A stretch of 64,000 nucleotides of DNA, from NCBI GenBank assembly GCA_965645245.1, contig OZ287074.1, positions 744,001 through 808,000 of the forward strand, written 5' to 3'. The position numbers were made by a program, and so were the translations under genes. Below, in pieces: positions 34,523 to 45,000 of this stretch. The stretch's first letter is position 1, and each line of letters starts with the position of its first letter. Origin of the DNA: Massalongia carnosa (lineage: Eukaryota). Under the pieces are notes generated by a model that saw only the letters and a list, made by a program, of their open reading frames with translations, made no database searches and was not told the origin of the DNA.

Positions 34523-37460
34523 CTAGTAATATTCTAATTGTTCTTGTACATCATTGTCAGTATCGTCTTCATCAAAAGGCAGAAAATCTCTTTGCAAAGA
34601 AGAATCACCTGTAAAATCTGTGATGAATGTTGTCTCCGCCTCATCTTCATCTTCATTATATACTTGAGATTTAGTCTTTTTCGCTTTCTTACTCTCTTCT
34701 TCTTGCCAAGTAGCATCTGTTGCCTTCCAAATTGCTTCGGGATCGGGAATAGGAATAAGATGCTCGGAGGAAATAGCAAGATCTTGTTTTGAAAGCTCTT
34801 TAATTTGTCGTAAACGATTTCTTTCTTGCTTTCGAGCAATCACTCCTCCGGCATATTTGACGTCTCTTTTCATACGCCAAATCTTCATTCATGTCTGATG
34901 CTGCTTCTTTGCTTCTGTTTCTTTAGCTTGTTTTTCCTTTGCTGCAATCATCTCCTCAGCATTCTCTTTAGTAAGCCCTAATCCTGAACCGAAGGTTCGT
35001 AATCGCTTACGAGAGGTAGATTTCTGTTTTAAGTCATCTTCTCTTCTTTTCTGATATATAGATAATTGAATATCACCAAACGTAGCTTGTGTACAACGGT
35101 TTTTGTATCATTAACAAACGACTCAAATTGCTCTGAGCGAGCCGGATCACTCCACAACATTTCTTGTTGAAGTTTCTTCTGCCATGTTTGAAGTCCTATT
35201 TCAACATCCATTGAGGATGTTGGCCGAATATGAGGCAAGATTGAAAGAGTAGTCTCTTTTTCTTTATTGTGTAGCTTTTCTTGAGCATCAGGCGGCTTGA
35301 AAGTTTTAAGCAGTGAGATGCAGTTTTTAGCATTAACAGGCCACGTTCCTGATTTCTCAAAAGCACTTCGAATAGTACATTTCTTGAAAGTATTATCACG
35401 TATCTTAGTAAGATCCGCAAGAAATCGCTGTAATGTATGCTCAACATTGAATTGCAGTAGAGCATCTTGAATTGTCATATCATGCCAGTGTTTATAAGGG
35501 TGAAACACTCCAACATCAAGCGGCTGCATACAGTGTGTAAGATGCGGTATAAGTGAATAAGGACGAGTGTGATTTATATTAGCAAGAGCATGACTGTCAT
35601 GATTATCCATGAGCATTATTTTCCAGTCTGCTTCTGGTCCAGAGTCTGAATGATCAATATAATGCTGAAGAAACGTCTTTGCTATCTTGTCAGAGGTAAA
35701 TCCGTTTTCTGAAGGAATAATTCGAGTTCCCTTTGACAGCTCTTTTGAAAACCAGTCCATCATGATTTCATGTCCTTGTATAAGAATTAAAGATGATGGA
35801 AGATAGTCGCCCGCTGCATTGATGCATTCAAATATCGTGAGAGATTTACGGTTTTCAGGACTTGATGATGATGATGATTGATTCTTGTACCGATCTGTCA
35901 CCGGCCGAAGGCCGGCCCATGCGGGCTATCTACTTATTCTTACAGGGAAAACCTTTAAAAGGGATAAAAACCATGCAGACTGCGCCATTATCCCAAACGT
36001 GTTCCGTTTCTGGACTGCATTCTTCGCTCGATGTTCTGTGAAATCCTTGACAAAATGAGAGTTATCACTCGTATAACAGTTGCGATGCTAGTGAAAATTG
36101 GGTCAGCAAATTTGCTTTTATTATCCATGTGGTTAGTTTTTTCAACATTTTCGACGAGCTCATGATCGTTCGATAGTCGTTGGTGCCTATTTGTTTTAGC
36201 ACTTCGTATCTGCCGTCGATTAGCCTGCAATGTAGAATGATGTGTTTGGCTGTCTGCTTCTGCCATCCGCACGAGCAGGCCGGGGTCATAACGCCCGGTA
36301 CCCGACGATTGAACAGGAAGTTTGCCAAGCCTATTTTTTCGGTGTGGATTTGCGTGGTTAGCGCGCTTTCCGCTTTCATCAGGTTGTTGTGAATCTTCAG
36401 TCTCGTCCTACTGAGAGATCCCAACTGTGCCTCTGTCGGGCGGGGAATGCGGTTCTGGTACGTCTTCCATTTGGAGTCCCAGCGTTCCTTGATGCGTTCT
36501 GTGGTGGCCTTTGTGTGTTTCTCTATGGTATGGCGTGTCGTGGTGCATTTTTCGAGGTGCGCCGGGTCGGGTGTGGACCAGGGCGGGGGCGATGGGGGCA
36601 TTGTGACTGGTGCCTCGTTATTTAACATTTTGCTTGCCCATTCGTATTTCAACTCTCCTGGGGTGAGTTGTTGCGTTCTTTTGCCTCCTGCCTCACCCCG
36701 TAGCTTGTTCGCTATTGTGTTGCAGGCTTTGGAAATCAGTTTCGCCTGCCCTGCGGCCCGTAGACGATGATTTTCAGGACTTATCGCATAGAACTAAAAT
36801 ATATATTTAACTTGCTGAATAAATGAATAAGAATATAGAATCTAACTTCTAATACGTCTGTGGGTGCCAGAATTTGATGCCCTTTCATACACCCAACACG
36901 AAAGCCTGCCTCATCGAGATTGACAATATTCTTCTTTGTTTTGATCTGTAACGTCTTTAAAGCTTGTCTATAATCTACAAACCATGCTTGTATATCCTTC
37001 TCTTGTGCAGCGGTGAATCGTATCATTGCTAATGACTTAGTCTTGATCTTGTGTAGGTTATTGTTTTTCCACCATGTTCTGAACCAGCGCAGAGTAGGTC
37101 CACTCGACTCAGGGTTTGCCCCCGTTTTAAACTGACAATTGCATTAAATACAACTCCATGCGATGGTTGAATACCCTGTGCAAGTAAGGATCGAATAAAG
37201 TGATGAATCGCTTTTACTTGATGTTCCTCAAGTATCTTGTTTTGTCCACCTCTTGCACTTTTTGCACTGGAAGAAGATTTCTTGTTAGAAGAAGATTTCA
37301 TATCAGAAAAAGAAGAATTCTTATCAGTCGCAATAGAGCTGTACAACGTTGTAGGCCGAATTTTGAATATCTGAGCTGCGAATGCAGTTCGTTCGTCAGG
37401 ATTTTCCAACAAGAATGTTTTAGCATCACTAATACGTGTTTGTAAGGATACAGAATCCAT
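34523..37460 (-). pseudogene. pogo/Fot1 transposase pseudogene (HTH + DDD), with an intron, frameshifts and a LINE insertion
   Basis: RGGQNKILEE (HTH region), NLDEAGFRVG, MDNHDSH and THCMQPLDVGVF. Frameshift at ~37115, intron 36794-36846, split at SPEN by the LINE, and a further frameshift at ~35050. Confidence 0.92.
35864..36770 (-). mobile_element. 5'-truncated non-LTR retrotransposon (Tad1-like LINE): ORF2 C-terminus, 3'UTR and (ATC)n tail
   Basis: AESALTTQIHTEKIGLANFLF..VP...CSCGWQKQTAKHIILHC is the CCHC-type end of fungal LINE ORF2. Tail aatcaatcatcatcatcatc. Flanked by the direct repeat TTTTCAGGACTT (35852-35863 and 36771-36782). Confidence 0.93.
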
Positions 37461-37584
37461 TGTAGATATAGATAGCAATGATTTATGATGTGATAATAAT
37501 ATAATAATGTGATAGTAAATCTGAGAGTAATTTAAATGATGCGGTGGTGGTTTAGTGATGTGGTGGTGGTTTAACGTTGCGAGC

Positions 37585-37634
37585 AGCGAATGCTTCTTGG
37601 AGGGAGAGGATTAAGCGAGCGACTAGCCGACGAT
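37585..37634 (-). repeat. Right terminal inverted repeat (50 bp)
   Basis: AGCGAATGCTTCTTGGAGGGAGAGGATTAAGCGAGCGACTAGCCGACGAT followed by TA. Confidence 0.97.
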
Positions 37635-37904
37635 TAATATCCCCGAAATCCAAGCTTTCACATGATAAAATTCGACTTTCACTTCGCCACCCAAGCCAAT
37701 GAAGCAAACTTTACCCAGCGTGGATTTGTTTACGCATCCTTGCTTCCGCCAATCACGTCCATTCATCCCAACCCTTCCAACACCTCAATACGTGTTTCTT
37801 CCTCCCTCTCCTAACACGCATATTTCCATCATTTGAAACATTTAAGATAGCTAAACTCTTTAAGCCTTCATTTCGCGGCACCAAAAAGTTTAGTTATAGA
37901 AGCC

Positions 37905-39289
37905 ATGCCGCTGAGTGGCTTCTTCGGGATGGTCCCCTCGTTCGGGGGCCCACAACCTACTACCAAAAGAGCCACGATCGCCGGGAAGGGCGTGGTGGGC
38001 GCGAGGGGCGCGGGGAAAGTCGGCGGTGGGGGAAAGGGGCTGGGGACCAGAGGATTGAGGAGGCATAGGTAAGCGCATTTTTTTTGATAGGGCTTTGGGT
38101 TGGGTTCTTAAGTTGGGATCTTGTAGTTGATCGTCGTGGAGTTAAAAGGTTAAGATGTTTTTTGCGTAAGCGTGGAATTGTTTCACTTTAATTTATTTTC
38201 TTGTCCTTGCTTTGCTTTGTTTGGGGAATTGAGGAACGATGCGTGGAGCTTATAAAGGAAAGTTGATTGGTGCTGACGTGGGATTCTAGGAAGGTAGTGA
38301 GGGATTCAGTTCGCGGAATAAGTGAGCTCGACTCGTCTCATCTCGTGGACGTTTACTCCAATATCATACTGATGTCTTTGGCGAACAAAAGCCAAGGGAG
38401 ATATTCGGTGTGTTTTCCTTCGCTTTTCCGTCTCTTGCCCCAAACACGAGGTTTCGCGGTGGAATCAATTTCTATCTCAACTGTTACTGCCCTCTTTCGG
38501 TCAATGGGCTTTCATCACTCCAAAAAATCTGGAGATATACCTAGATCGAAATTTATACTTTCATCAAACTGACCTTCCATTGAGCCGTCTTGCGCGTCGC
38601 GGTGGCGTCAAGCGTATCTCCGGTCAGATTTACGAGGAAACGAGAACAGCCATGAAGGACCGGATTCATCGCGTGAGTGGACTCTCTTTCATGAACCTTT
38701 CTAGGTTTCTGTTTCGGACACGAAGTGAGGAATTTTTTCTGACTAGAATCGCTGGATTAGATATTGAGAAATTGTTGTGCTCTTATAGAGCACAACAAGA
38801 GAAAGAGTGAGTTTTATTCTGGTCTTCGATATTGAGATTCTTAAGGGGGAATATTTATGGTTGACGTTGGGCTCTGGATGGGTGTAGCGGTCACTGTTTC
38901 AGATGTACGTCTCCCTTCATGCTTCTTTTCTACGTCTAGTATTTTCACTTTGAAGATGATCCTTGCTGATAGCTATGCAATCAACAGGTTGTTTTCGCAC
39001 TTAGAAGAGTAAGCCCTGTCTCAGCTTTACACCCTCAATTTCTGCACCATCTCTATCATCACGTTTCAGTCATTAGTTGGCGGATTGCCCATGCGAGCAT
39101 AGGTAGCTTGTAAAACGAAAGATTGAAGACTAACTTTTGATTCCAACTCATAGCTCGGTAACCCGATATACGGTAAGTCCACACCATCTCATCCCAAACC
39201 CCGTTGTCTCCTTCAACTCCTTTCGACCCCTTACATCTCCCCTGGACTGACGACAGCAACCAGGTTTCGAATCCGTCCGAGGCACCTAG
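37905..39289 (+). CDS. Divergent histone H4 variant (H4E/hH4v-like), 142 aa, 9 exons
   Basis: Exons 37905-38068, 38290-38321, 38392-38407, 38585-38672, 38761-38806, 38888-38904, 38988-39008, 39154-39172 and 39264-39289 total 429 nt. They read ...[101 protein letters not shown], colinear with H4. Confidence 0.92.
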
Positions 39290-40015
39290 CAACACCCAGC
39301 ATCTTAACCTTCCAATCTCTCCCATCGGTATATTCATACTGCATATGAATAGCCCTCTCGCCTCCTCGAATCCATACAAGAATCTTCACTCCCCACTTCT
39401 TCCATATTCCCCACCCCCAACCCAAATATCTTACCCAACAGCACCATTCCATTTCCCACTATCGCCACCATCATGTACCGGGAGATCATTGGTGTTGTAT
39501 CGCTTTTATCGCACAGAGGGGGGAAGGGGGGCGGATATAATACGATACGATACGATCTGATAGGAAAGAGAGGAGTCAAACGCGGGGTGTTAAGGATATG
39601 TCCGTCAGGGTGAGCCTGGAGCAGGGGACGGATAGATGTGGATGGGACGTGGAAATGGGGATGGGAATGGGGTAGGGATATGGACGACCTGCCTATGGCT
39701 AGATATATAGCTAGCGAGCTAGGTTGCCACACACAAAGAGAGAGAGAGGAAAAGATGTTGCAACCACATCCCTACCCTACCTTCGCTTAGCCTACCTTAC
39801 CAACCTGCTTAATCCCAAGCGAGCGAGCGAGTGGACGATGAAGCTATGCACTTATCTGCTTATTTTATTCATCTACCTACACGCCTCTTTCCTCCAACCC
39901 AATCACCTTCACCCATCCACATTCATCCGTTCATGCCACACCGCTGCCGAACAACCGACTAACTCTCCCTTCTCTCTCTCTCTCTAAAAAATAAAATACA
40001 TAGATCACCTCCCTC

Positions 40016-40971
40016 TCACCCCCTAGCACTTCCCCGATTCTGCTCCGCGACCACGGCGACGAGGGTAGTGCGGGCCTTCTTCTCGCGGCGGTCGAAGCCC
40101 CGGTTGAAGATGGCGGGGAGGACGCGTTTGGAATCTGGACGGGTTGGGGGGGTTAGCGGTGTTTTTGGGGAGGAGTTGGTTGCAGCAGAACCTCCCCTCG
40201 GGAATCGTTCGTCCACAGGGAGGGAAGATTGATCGGATGACCTCGATTATAGATAGACTTTCCGTCGGGGTAGAGTGGGATGAATAAACGGAGAATAGAT
40301 GATAAACGAGAACCAAAACAAAACAACAAAAAAAACAAAATCTCACTGGCATGGCCTTTGTCGAATTCGACTTCTCCGCACCCCTTCCCCGCTGCAGTCT
40401 TGACCCCTTCCTCCAACAGCGCCCGTCCCACGCCCTTCCCGCGATACCTCAGCCCAACCGTCCAAGCCCTCACCAGCGCCCTCTGCTCCCTTTTCAGAAT
40501 CCTCAGCACCACCGTCCCAATCACTTCCTCCCCCCACAGGGTCACCAGCACCACCGTCTCGTCCCCGGGGTCCTTTGCCTGGCTCTTGCTGCCTTCGTCT
40601 TCGGCCGCCTCGTCACCCCTCCCCCCGCGATCCAACCACACCCATCCGATTTCCTCCGCGGCAGCGAGGTATCCGCCCGTCGCACCCCGCACGGCGACTA
40701 GGAGGGACATCACGACGCCCGCGCCTGTCGTAAAGAGGAGCGGCATGGAGGCGTATTGCGCGATGAGCGCTAGGAGGAGCAAGGCGAGGGAGACGGGTAG
40801 CGGGTGGGTGATGAGGGCGCGGGAGGCGGCTTGGCGCTGTTGTGCGACGGAGTCGGCGACTAGGCGGAGGGCGGCGACTTTTTCATCGTTTGTGGTGGCG
40901 GGATGGGTGGTCAGAGTGGGAAGAGGGGCGGTGACGGGGAGCGGGGAGGGGGAAGGGGGCGGAGTGCTCAT
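40016..40971 (-). CDS. GNAT family acetyltransferase with N-terminal membrane segment; 2 exons
   Basis: VRAWTVGLRYRGKGVGRALLEE acetyl-CoA motif A. Intron 40135-40346 joins FDKGHA|NSKRVLPAIFN. Confidence 0.88.
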
Positions 40972-41262
40972 TGGAGTGGAGAGCGGGGTGTTGTTGGAGA
41001 GGTGAATGTTGGTTCGGAGGATGGCGAGGAAGGCTGTTTGAGAGGCGAATGGTCAAGATGAGTTTTTGAAGGTACTCTGCGGAGGGACACGAGATGGTTC
41101 GAGATGGAGAAGGTGGAGAGAAAATGGGAGAGAGATTTACAGAATGGGTTGTGTGGAGATTTCGGTCCAAATAAGGGTGAAAGAGAGGAAATAAGGTGGA
41201 TTGTGTCTCACTGGCGCTGTATCGATATCCAGGAATTATATTTCCAATCACCCTTCCAAAGT

Positions 41263-41325
41263 CCCAATCCCAATCCCAATTCCAATCCCAGCCCCAATCT
41301 CTATCCCTATTCCACTGCCAGTTCC
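41263..41325 (+). repeat. Imperfect hexanucleotide microsatellite (CCCAAT)n
   Basis: cccaatcccaatcccaattccaatcccagccccaatctctatccctattccact read directly. Confidence 0.8.
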
Positions 41326-42011
41326 GCGCTGGATTCCATTCCCAGTTCTTCGAGTCGCTCAAGGCCTCCAAGCCGAAACTGGCCAAGCGAAGGCGGCGAG
41401 ACATCAGGTGGGCACTAGGGAGGCCGAATGGGGGTTTCCGGAAGAGTAATAGGGCGGTAGGGCGGTAGGGCGTGGGCGTGAATTGGCAGAAGTGTGAATT
41501 TGCGTGCAATAAAGGCCATGGCGATGATACTGGACTGGATTTCAGTCTCCCTTTAAATGGCTGGACCACGTTGTTGACTGACTGGCTGGGAATCTCTTAT
41601 CACGAAGCGACCCCCGATAAGAGATCAAAGATCGACGCTAATCGATTCGCTCGCGTGGGGAAGATGGCGTGAGCATCCCCGGGCTATATATAATAATATA
41701 TACGGCTACAAAAATCCTACAGAAAAATAAGCAACAGCTTGCTCGGGCAGACTGTTCAAGGGAAAATGGGGATTACAAGTACAGTCTTGGTCCGCAACAA
41801 CAAGCATAAAGGAAGGGTATAATGCCGCGTCCAGCGTCTCAACTCCTCATACCGAATGCATCGAGTCCGCCTACCCAGTCCGCCACCATCCTCGGCGACT
41901 GTAGTGCCCCGAGACAAACGCCTTCAATGCGGCGCCAGCTACGCTGCAGATGAAATGACAAAATAAAAACAATGAGCCCGTCCCAGTTGGCCAGGGCTAG
42001 CCTGGTCCGCT

Positions 42012-45000
42012 TCATGCGTCGGCGTCTGCTTCCGCCACCAGCTGTTCCCCTTCTTCCAGAATCTCAGTGATTCGTGCAAAGTTCACGATCGTCTGCATCC
42101 CATGCCCCACCAGGAGGAGCTTCTCCGCATTCGCTGGCAGCCCCAGATATGTTGGTGGCTCTCGTTCAGGGAGACGGTTGACCCAATCCATGAAATCCCG
42201 CATTTGCGTTCCTCCCGGAACTAACAACCCTCCGTCGTCCTCCACAGCGCCATCTCCTTTCCCCTGAGCCCCCTCGACAAGCTTGTGATCGTCATCAAAC
42301 GCGTTTGGTGTCAAAAAGCGATTGACAAGACTGGAGAGCTCCTTGAAGTCTGCATCGTCATCGACCTTGCCTCCATAAGTCTCAGTGATGAGCGTCCGAA
42401 TGAGATCCCAAGGTATCTTGACAGGAGCAACATTGGTTCGTCCTTGTGCAACAGCATCTATCCACGTATCGATGATAAAAGCGGCGCATTCATACTAAAA
42501 GCAGTCAGCATGCTGAGCAACAATCACACAATGCGGACCTACATCACTATCGTTGAATTCCCAGAAGCCTTTCCATCCTAACGTCGGAGCATAGCGCAGT
42601 CTCTCTTGGATGACAGCATGCAAGAAAGATAACAAGAGGTACAGGCGGGCTTTCTCGCCCGGCTGCTTGCTCGCCCGAATGGATACCGACGACAAAGAGT
42701 CTTTCATGTTCGCCCGCACCCCTGCCGGTTGCTCGTACAACAGAACCCTGGAGGCTCGCAACAGATTGACCGGGATTTTAGGACTTGACTCCATGGATAG
42801 AAAAAGCCTGAAGTCAGGATGTGGTTTCAAAGAGTTCAATCTCTTTTCCAGACTCTGTAACCAGAGGGGCGCAAGGTGAACGTTCTTAATCAGCACCCAT
42901 GATCCCGTAGCAGCAGCGTTGCCAATGGCTTTGTCTGCGCTTGCTGGACCCTCGCTCGATCCCATAGCAATGTTTGAACATTGCGTTTTCATCAAACTAA
43001 CGAGGTTGTCAACCTTGTAACTAGCATCAAAACCCGGACTGGAGCATAGTGCGACCGGTGTGGTTGGCAACACCTGAAAGACAGTTTTTTGGAGGTCGCC
43101 ATTAACCTCGAGCATCTTTTTGCCAAATACGGCGGCAACAAACTTTTCTGCAGCTGGAACAAAACGATCAAGCCTAAAGATTTTCACAAGCAGGAGGGAT
43201 CTGAGACTTTTATCGAGCTCATGGGTTCTTTCGTCCCATACTTTCGGTACAAAATTCTCGGCCAACTCCTCGCTACAGAATTGATCTAGATGCATGGGTG
43301 AAATCTCCGAAATCCAAGTCTTCAATGTTGACACGCGAGCAGCAACGGCTTGGGCATCAGATCGATCTCGTTTCATTGTTGAAACGTCAAACCCCTTAAT
43401 ATTAGGATCGAGTATATTATCGATTAACCCTTTATCCATACGGTATGGCGATGCTCGAGCGAGTAACAGGCCAAGAGTGATACGATCCTTTTGCAGCAAG
43501 CTGAGCGAGGTGCGTTGGAAGGATGCTGCAAAAAGATCATGTAGAATGATTTCTCCCCGCATAGAATAGTCTTTCTTATCCTTTAGATGAGGATTATCAT
43601 GAAGCACCGAAGCAAAGATGTCGATGAAGAACCGCAATGAAAATTGATAAAAATGATTTAGGTGATGAAGCTGTTCGAGAACTGCGAATACGGCGCTGCA
43701 AGCACGAGCAATAGTGTTGTACTGCAAAGTGATAGCCTCCACCTCAGCCATTACACCCTCAGTCTCTACCATCTTTCGTGATATCTCCCCAGCCTCTTTT
43801 TTCAGTGTTTCAAGAGTTTCAATAACGACATCATCATCCAGAATATTACCGCGGGACTCGTTCAGTGCCTGAAGTAGCCGCTTCTCGAGTCCACGGAGAT
43901 GGGTATTGAATTCGCCTTGCATTTTGACTAGATTCGAACGCCTTTGGTCGACGTCGGGCCGTTCGGACTTGAGAACATCGTTTAGCGATTGTGTTTGGAG
44001 GCTACTTTGCGTTACAGTAAAGTTGACAAAAGTAGTACGACTGCATACATCAGGCGGAAACATTGCCGAAGGGTCTCTCGTGGATAGATAGAGCTTAAAT
44101 GCAGGTGAGAAATCGATTTCCTGCTTCCCCAATTGTATGAGAACACGGCCACCAGTCTTTTGGTACTCCTTATTGAGTACATGGTTTAAAACTGGGTCGA
44201 GATGTTCAGCGTCTTGTATCAAGATAGGATTTCCAAATCGAAGCGAGCTTTCAAGTTGTTTGATGAAAGAGTCATCCAGAAAGCTTGTAACAGTCAGTCG
44301 ACGATCCGTACTTTCATTCTGTAGAAATTCTGTGGCACGTCCCGAAGGGTCTATGATTAATGGGTAGCGATTGAAACGCTTTAAGATAATGGCGTTCTCG
44401 GTACAAAGGTCGTCGACTGGTAGACCATGTTCTTGCCACCCGAGACGCTCGTCTGCAGTAGACAAGTACTCCGTCATCGGATTCGGTGACTTGTATTTAA
44501 TGCCTGATAGTGCCAAGTGACCTAGCCAATCATCGATCATGGCCTTGCGGAATTGCTGATCATAGAGCCCGCTATAAGCAAGGAAAGCGGCTGCTATTAG
44601 CACGTCTCCAACAATGGTACTAATCTGCTTTTCAAAAGACTTGCTTCCTTCTTCCCATCGTGATCGTTCCGAGGAAAGACTGTCGAGCAATTTCACGCTT
44701 CTGTCAACCTTGTACTCCACTCTGGACATTTCTGCCTTGATGGCCTGGGTCTCACTGATTAGAGTGGCATACTCCGCCTTGTATTGGGCAATGCTTCGCT
44801 CAAGGCCAGCTATTGTGTTTTCAATGGCTTGAGCTTCTGCTTTAGTCTGCAACGCATCTTCTTCAAGCTGCTCGGCTTCTTCCCGCAATGGGCCAATACG
44901 GTCGAGAATTGCGGAATAATTAACCTGTGCCTCTACCCATTGGACAAGTGGACCGCAAGCCTTGCTGGCTCGATTCACCCGTTCGTAAGTGAAGTCATCT

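Larger units (their letters stand above)
34337..37634 (-). mobile_element. Fot1/pogo-type (Tc1/mariner superfamily) DNA transposon, disrupted
   Basis: Perfect 50-bp TIRs at 34337-34386 and 37585-37634, flanked by TA (34335-36, 37635-36). Encodes a DDE_1-type transposase in pieces. Confidence 0.96.

Noticed and set aside
35029..35901. 290-aa ORF starting MTDRYKNQSSSSSS as an intact transposase
   Set aside because: Its start is a GTG in the LINE 3'UTR and the Ser run is the LINE tail. It is only the downstream half of the broken transposase.
39095..39110. CATAG|GTAGCT in H4-variant intron 7 as a recursive or stwintron splice site
   Set aside because: Weak donor, no clear upstream branch point, and simple splicing already gives the correct frame.
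40883..41569. 228-aa ORF with WDWNWDWD repeat as a protein
   Set aside because: The repeat is the translation of a (CCCAAT)n microsatellite in the GNAT upstream region, and the rest is low complexity.
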